Below are positions 58,237 to 64,000 of a stretch of DNA of 64,000 bases, piece by piece. Positions within the stretch are counted from its first letter, which is position 1. The number at the start of each line of letters is the position of its first letter. The notes below the pieces were generated by a model, which saw nothing but the letters and a program-made list of their open reading frames with translations, had not been told where the DNA came from and did no database searches. Made by a program: the position numbers and the translations under genes. This DNA comes from Octopus vulgaris (Eukaryota): positions 107,136,001 to 107,200,000 of the forward strand of contig OX597820.1 in assembly GCA_951406725.2 (NCBI GenBank). The letters run 5' to 3'.

Positions 58237-59856
58237 CAGTTGCGGCCAAAATGTTCAGAACGACATTGTTTTCGTCAGAAAAGTATGTATAAGTTTTTAT
58301 CAAAGTAGTTTCATATTTTATAATTTTCACAGACAATAAATACGATATTATTGGTTATTGTCTGAGATTTTGGTGTAATTTGAGAGGATAATACAAAAGT
58401 TATGGATGATTTAGTGATTTACTGCAAAAATCATGGCGGCCAAAATGATCAGAACGGTTGCTTTTACTCCATGTTTTAGTATATTTAACCGTCGAACTCT
58501 AATGTTTTGAATTTGTTTACGCGACAGTTCGTTTACTAAACATTAGTAAGAATATCTGCAGTGTACTGGGTTAATATAATGCCACTTACTCCGTTACCAA
58601 TTCGTCAGCAGATTATTAAGCTTCGAAAGATGGATAATTTAAGTATTGGGTCTATTGCAAAGATTGTTAACAAGTCAAAAAGTGTTGTTCAAGGTATTCT
58701 TAAGGTCTATGATGATTGTGGTTCGTGTGAAACAAGAAAGTCTACAGGTAGGCCAAGAAAAACGACCAAGAGAGAAGATCGTGCTATGGTAAAGTTGGTT
58801 AAAAAGGATAGATTTAAAACTGCTGCTGCTGTTTTTCGGGAAATGAGCATTGTACTGAAGAAAACTTTATCTCGAAAAACTGTGTCTCGTCGTTTAGTTG
58901 AACATGACCCACAAGCAAGAGCACCTACAGTGAAGCCACTGATCATCTCCAAGTGTCGTCTTACCTTTGCAACCGAACATGTGTTGTGGTCTCAAGAAAA
59001 ATGGCAAACGGTGCATTTCAGTGATGAACCTAAGTCTATGTTATTTGGCTCAGATGGGAAAAGGTACGTTCGTCGAAAAGCAGGTGAAAAATTGTCGCCT
59101 AAATGCCTTAAGACTAGTGTTAAATTCGGTGGAGGAAGTGTCATGGTTTGGGGAATGATATCTGGAGATGGTGTGGGCCCTTTGGTGCGATTACATGGAA
59201 AGGTAAATGCAGGAGTTTATAAACAACTTGTAAAAGATCATGTCTTGCCTGTGCTGAGAAATTCAACTAAACGACCACCCATATTCATGCAGGACAATGT
59301 CCCATGTCACAAAGCTAAGGTGGTCATGAACTTCCTCAAGGCTGGAAAGGTTATTGTTATGGATTGGCCTGCTCAAAGCCCAGATCTCAATCCTTTTGAA
59401 AATGAGTGGAATATTCTAGGAGAACGTTCGAAAGCCAGAAATCCTAAAACAACCGAGCAATTATGGAATGCCCTTCAGGAAGAATGGAATAAGATCACCC
59501 AGCAAGAAATTGAAAATTTAATTTCTTCATGCAGTCGAAGATGTCAAAGTTTGATTGAAGCTAAAGGGCTTCACATTAAATATGAAATAATTCCAGCATT
59601 CTCTGTCATTTTTGATTATTTTGTTATTTTTTCAACCGTTCTGATCATTTTGGGCACCATGGGTTTTGCAGTAAATCACTATATTATCCATAAATTTTGT
59701 ATTATCCACTCAAAGTACATCAAAATCTCAGACAATAACAAATAATATCGTATTTATTGTCTGTGAAAATTATAGAATAAAAAACAACTTTGATAAAAAC
59801 TTATACCTACTTTTCTGACGAAAACAATGCCGTTCTGAACATTTTGGCCGCAACTG
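58237..59856 (+). mobile_element. Tc1 element of IR/DR type
   Basis: TA-flanked TIRs of about 225 bp starting CAGTTGCGGCCAAAATGTTCAGAACG, each with an inner direct repeat (58436-58460 and 59634-59660). Confidence 0.95.
58579..59745 (+). CDS. Tc1 DD34E transposase, open frame
   Basis: ATG at 58579; GRPRKT, FSDE, GGGSVMVWG, FMQDN-34-E, WPAQSPDLNPFEN; reads past the expected KY-stop into the TIR. Confidence 0.8.
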   Translation: MPLTPLPIRQQIIKLRKMDNLSIGSIAKIVNKSKSVVQGILKVYDDCGSCETRKSTGRPRKTTKREDRAMVKLVKKDRFKTAAAVFREMSIVLKKTLSRKTVSRRLVEHDPQARAPTVKPLIISKCRLTFATEHVLWSQEKWQTVHFSDEPKSMLFGSDGKRYVRRKAGEKLSPKCLKTSVKFGGGSVMVWGMISGDGVGPLVRLHGKVNAGVYKQLVKDHVLPVLRNSTKRPPIFMQDNVPCHKAKVVMNFLKAGKVIVMDWPAQSPDLNPFENEWNILGERSKARNPKTTEQLWNALQEEWNKITQQEIENLISSCSRRCQSLIEAKGLHIKYEIIPAFSVIFDYFVIFSTVLIILGTMGFAVNHYIIHKFCIIHSKYIKISDNNK

Positions 59857-59866
59857 TATAGAATGC

Positions 59867-59928
<62 letters not shown>

Positions 59929-59929
59929 C

Positions 59930-59988
59930 TGAAAGCCTTGTGAGTGGATTAGGTAGAGGGAAACTGAAAGAAGCCCGTCATATATATG

Positions 59989-60042
<54 letters not shown>

Positions 60043-60222
60043 TGTGTACTTGACAACCGATGCTGGTGTGTTTATGTCCCCGTCACTTAGCGGTTCGGCA
60101 AAAGACACCGATAGAATAAGTACTGGGCTTACAAAGAATAAGTCCCGGGGTCGAGTTGCTCGATTAAAGGCGGTGCTCCAGTATGGCCGCAGTCAAATGA
60201 CTGAAAGAAGTTAAAGAATAAT
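59930..60222 (+). mobile_element. SINE, 5'-truncated
   Basis: Matches the reverse complement of 38222-38520. Confidence 0.8.
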
Positions 60223-60223
60223 A

Positions 60224-60290
<67 letters not shown>

Positions 60291-61085
60291 TATCAAAAGA
60301 GTAAAGAGAGAGTATATATAATGCATAAAGTAATCATCGTATTCCAATTTACTTCACTTTTCAATGAGTAGCAGATGAGCGACTATCTTTCCATATAGAC
60401 ACAACACAGGCTACGCGTTCAGGTTTTTTGGATAAAGTTTCCAAAAATAACCCAATAGGTTTACCATTAATTCCGTGAAATATTCTCATTAATTATTCAG
60501 GCAAGGAAATCAGACAAATGTTAATGTTTCAGTTTTTATATATGATATGATATGATTTATAATTCTTTATTATGTATAGAGAAAACAATTTATATCTTTA
60601 TTTTGAAACCATTCATTTTATTTAAAATCTTATATTTTATTTACATTTCCACTTATAATTTCGTCTCAATTTTTTCTGTTCTTTTGCAAACAGAGAATAT
60701 TAGATTCGTCAAGCAAACGCACATTTTTAAACACGAGCAAAGGCACACTCACAGATACAACTACACACACATATACATACATACAGACCGCACGCCTATC
60801 ATATATACATATCTTTTATCTTTCACTTCTTTCAGTCATTTGAGTTTTAGTCGAACGAATGAACACCAGTACTTATTTTTTAAAAGCCTGGTACTTATTC
60901 TGTCAGTCTAATTTATCGAACTGCTATGTTACGCGGACTTAAACACGAAAACACCGGTTTTCAAGCGGTGGTGAGGAACAAACGCAGACACAAAGACATC
61001 TTATCCATATATTTACATAATATATCCTCTATTTACATAATATTGAGGTCTCTTTCTTTCTTTTGTTATTTTACCGTTTTTACCA

Positions 61086-61165
<80 letters not shown>

Positions 61166-61349
61166 AGGTTTGGAGATGATGTACAGGTATTATATAGTAA
61201 AAGAAATGAGGTACTCAGAAGATCGGATGGTTTATATTTACAGATATTTATTTGTATATTACTTTTTTATATATATATCATATCACTTAGATCATTAGTG
61301 CTTTCTCCCATTCTAGTGGGGTTTTCAAATTTGAAAACCTCATTTCTTC

Positions 61350-61418
<69 letters not shown>

Positions 61419-61446
61419 GATATATGTGTGCGTTTGTGTGTGTATA

Positions 61447-61485
<39 letters not shown>

Positions 61486-61524
61486 TCATATATATATATA
61501 TATATATATATATGAATGTATACA

Positions 61525-61660
61525 CCGAAGGGCTTCTTTCAGTTTCCGTCTACCAAATCAATTCACAAGGCGACCCTTGCCCAAGGTACCACGCAGTGAG
61601 ACCGAACTCAGAATCATTTGGTTGGAAAGCTGACTTTTTACCACAGCCACGCCTGCGCCA
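61525..61660 (-). mobile_element. SINE head; its decayed 3' part lies at about 60820-61000
   Basis: Matches 38475-38636. Confidence 0.65.
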
Positions 61661-61668
61661 ATATATAA

Positions 61669-61950
61669 TCTCTCTATATATAAATGGCAAAATGTCTGTG
61701 TGTGTATCCTTTATACAAATCCACAACTTTTCAGTTAGAGGGTTCGCACTTTCTAAAATCATTCAAAACCGTCCAAGGGTGGTCGTGCAGTCACCCCGCA
61801 AAGGTGATTTTTAAAAAAAAATCGATAAACCGACCCCTGTTTCAGGTAACAAAAGTCTTTAATACAAGGGACGTGACTCACTCCAGCAGTTTAATCTAAA
61901 GATATTAAACCATTGCAAGGGAAATAACTCTTTATATATATAAAACACAC

Positions 61951-62002
<52 letters not shown>

Positions 62003-62258
62003 ATATGTATATTTGTGTTTGTATGTGTGTGTTTATACCCCCACCATTGATTGGCAACTAATGTTACGGTATTTACATTCCCATAGATTTGCAGTTCGGC
62101 AAAATACACTGTTAGAATAAGTTCTAGGCTTACAAAGAATAAATCCTGTTGTTGATTTTTTTCCAGCATGGCCGCAGTCACATGACTAAAACAAGTAAAA
62201 CAATAAAAAAAAAATCTATGCCATTTTAATCCCGAGCAAGGCCGGGTATCTCTGCTTG
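61669..62258 (+). mobile_element. Non-autonomous Helitron containing a SINE fragment
   Basis: A|TCTCTCTATATATAAA start; 3' hairpin CCCGAGCAAGGCCGGG then CTTG|T (CTAG variant). Confidence 0.65.
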
Positions 62259-62401
62259 TACAATATATTATAATATGATAGAATACTACAAAAGAGACCG
62301 ATAGAATAAGTATCACGCTTTTAAAAAATAAGTTTTGGTGTTGGTTCTTTGGACTAAAATGGTTCAAGGCAAATGCCCCAAATGACTGGAACAAGTGAAA
62401 G

Positions 62402-62680
62402 ACATACATACATACATACATACATACATACATACATACATACATACATACATACATACATGCATACATACATACATACATATATACATGCATGCATGCA
62501 TACATACATACGTACATACATACATACATGCATGCATACATACATACGTACATACATACATACATACATACATACATGCATACATACATACATACATACA
62601 TGTATGCATACATACATACATACATACATACATGCATGCATGCATGCACGCATGCGTGCATACATACATACATACATACA

Positions 62681-62711
<31 letters not shown>

Positions 62712-63185
62712 GTACATACATACATACATACATACATATGTACATACGTACGTACATACATACATGCATGCATACATGCGTGCATACATACATACATACA
62801 TATATATACATATGTACATACATACATATATACATACATACATACATACATACATACATACATACATACATGCATGCATACATACATACGTACATACATA
62901 CATACATACATGCATGCATACATACATACGTACATACATACATACATACATGCATGCATGCACGCATGCGTGCATACATACATACATACATACATACATG
63001 CATGCATACATACGTACATACATACATACATGCATGCATGCATGCATGCACGCATGCGTGCATACATACATACATACATACATATGTACATACGTACATG
63101 CATACATACATACATACATACATGCATGCATACATACATACATACATACATACATACATACATACATACATACACAAACTCACAT
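62402..63185. repeat. (ATAC/ATGC)n microsatellite
   Basis: Direct reading; similar arrays fill much of 51130-57210. Confidence 0.95.
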
Positions 63186-63448
63186 ACACACGCAATTGCC
63201 AATTTTTTCAGACAAGAAACAATGTCAATTGATATTACTGTCATATCTTATAACAATTCTGCTTGCCATTCTGTTACTTAGGCCGTCAGTAAAGCTTTTT
63301 CGTGATTAGATGAAGGGTAAAAGAGAAGAAAGGAGAGAGAAAAAGAGGATAGGGTGAAGAGTGAGACAGAAAGAGGGAGAAAGAAAAAGAGGGCTCATTT
63401 GTGTGTGTGTGTGCGCGTATACTCAACCATATATATGTGTATATATGT

Positions 63449-63488
<40 letters not shown>

Positions 63489-63605
63489 ATGTATGTATGT
63501 ATGTATGTATGTATGTATGTATGTTACATATAACTTCACACGCGCGCACGCACGCACACACACATTTATGTACATATATGTGTGTCTGTGTGTGCGAAGT
63601 TACAG

Positions 63606-63886
63606 CTATTCTTCACAGTCTTTCTGTTTCTTAATTTGGGACCATATGTGCCTTATCAATCCCATGTTGGCTTTTGTACTAGATATTTTTAAATCCATAA
63701 TGAAATCGCAGGCCTCCGGTGCATCATCAGTTTGAAATGTGAAACCAGGTATGTCAAAATGGCTTGCACCAATTGACTGTGCCAACACACCAGTTATAAA
63801 GGCATCTTCTACGTGCAGATACACATGGTACTTGGATGCTATGAATAGCTTTCGAGCAATGCTTCCAGGTATAATGTAGGTGTTTC
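63606..63886 (-). CDS. Terminal coding exon of a GT31 beta-1,3-galactosyltransferase-like gene
   Basis: Polypyrimidine-CAG acceptor ending at 63887; GNTYIIPGSIARKLFIAS...LHVEDAFITGVLA matches the GT31 G.xY...EDVxxTG block; TAG at 63606-63608; upstream exons lie outside the window. Confidence 0.82.
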
Positions 63887-64000
63887 CTGAAAAAAAAAAT
63901 AATAAAGCCATGATTATTAAAAAGTGAGACTTTAAAAAATGTAAAAAGAAAGAAATTGATGTAAATTTGTATCAAACTTTAGTGACCTTTGTTGTTGTTT

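Overview
AT-rich, repeat-dominated eukaryotic DNA. The repeat families and microsatellite style suggest an octopus or other cephalopod (inference only). Host content is small: one intact tRNA-Arg(CCT) at 50342-50414 and the terminal coding exon of a GT31 beta-1,3-galactosyltransferase-like gene on the minus strand (63606-63886). The rest is transposable elements and microsatellites: RTE, RTE-BovB-like, CR1 and Tx1/L1 LINE remnants, GIY-YIG Penelope-like elements (PLEs), two mariners, a near-intact IR/DR Tc1, an 8-kb hAT carrying a nested solo LTR and a Tx1 LINE, non-autonomous Helitrons, tRNA-derived SINEs, an 803-bp foldback element with an 8-bp TSD and telomere-like motifs, and multi-kb (AT)n/(ATAC)n arrays. 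The main signal not visible in the ORF track is ten minimal type-I hammerhead ribozyme cores plus one half copy, on both strands. Nearly all have a palindromic helix III, five have an unusually long helix II, two sit at the 3' ends of recognisable PLEs, and one pair forms a near-perfect hairpin. Most long ORFs in the track are microsatellite artefacts.
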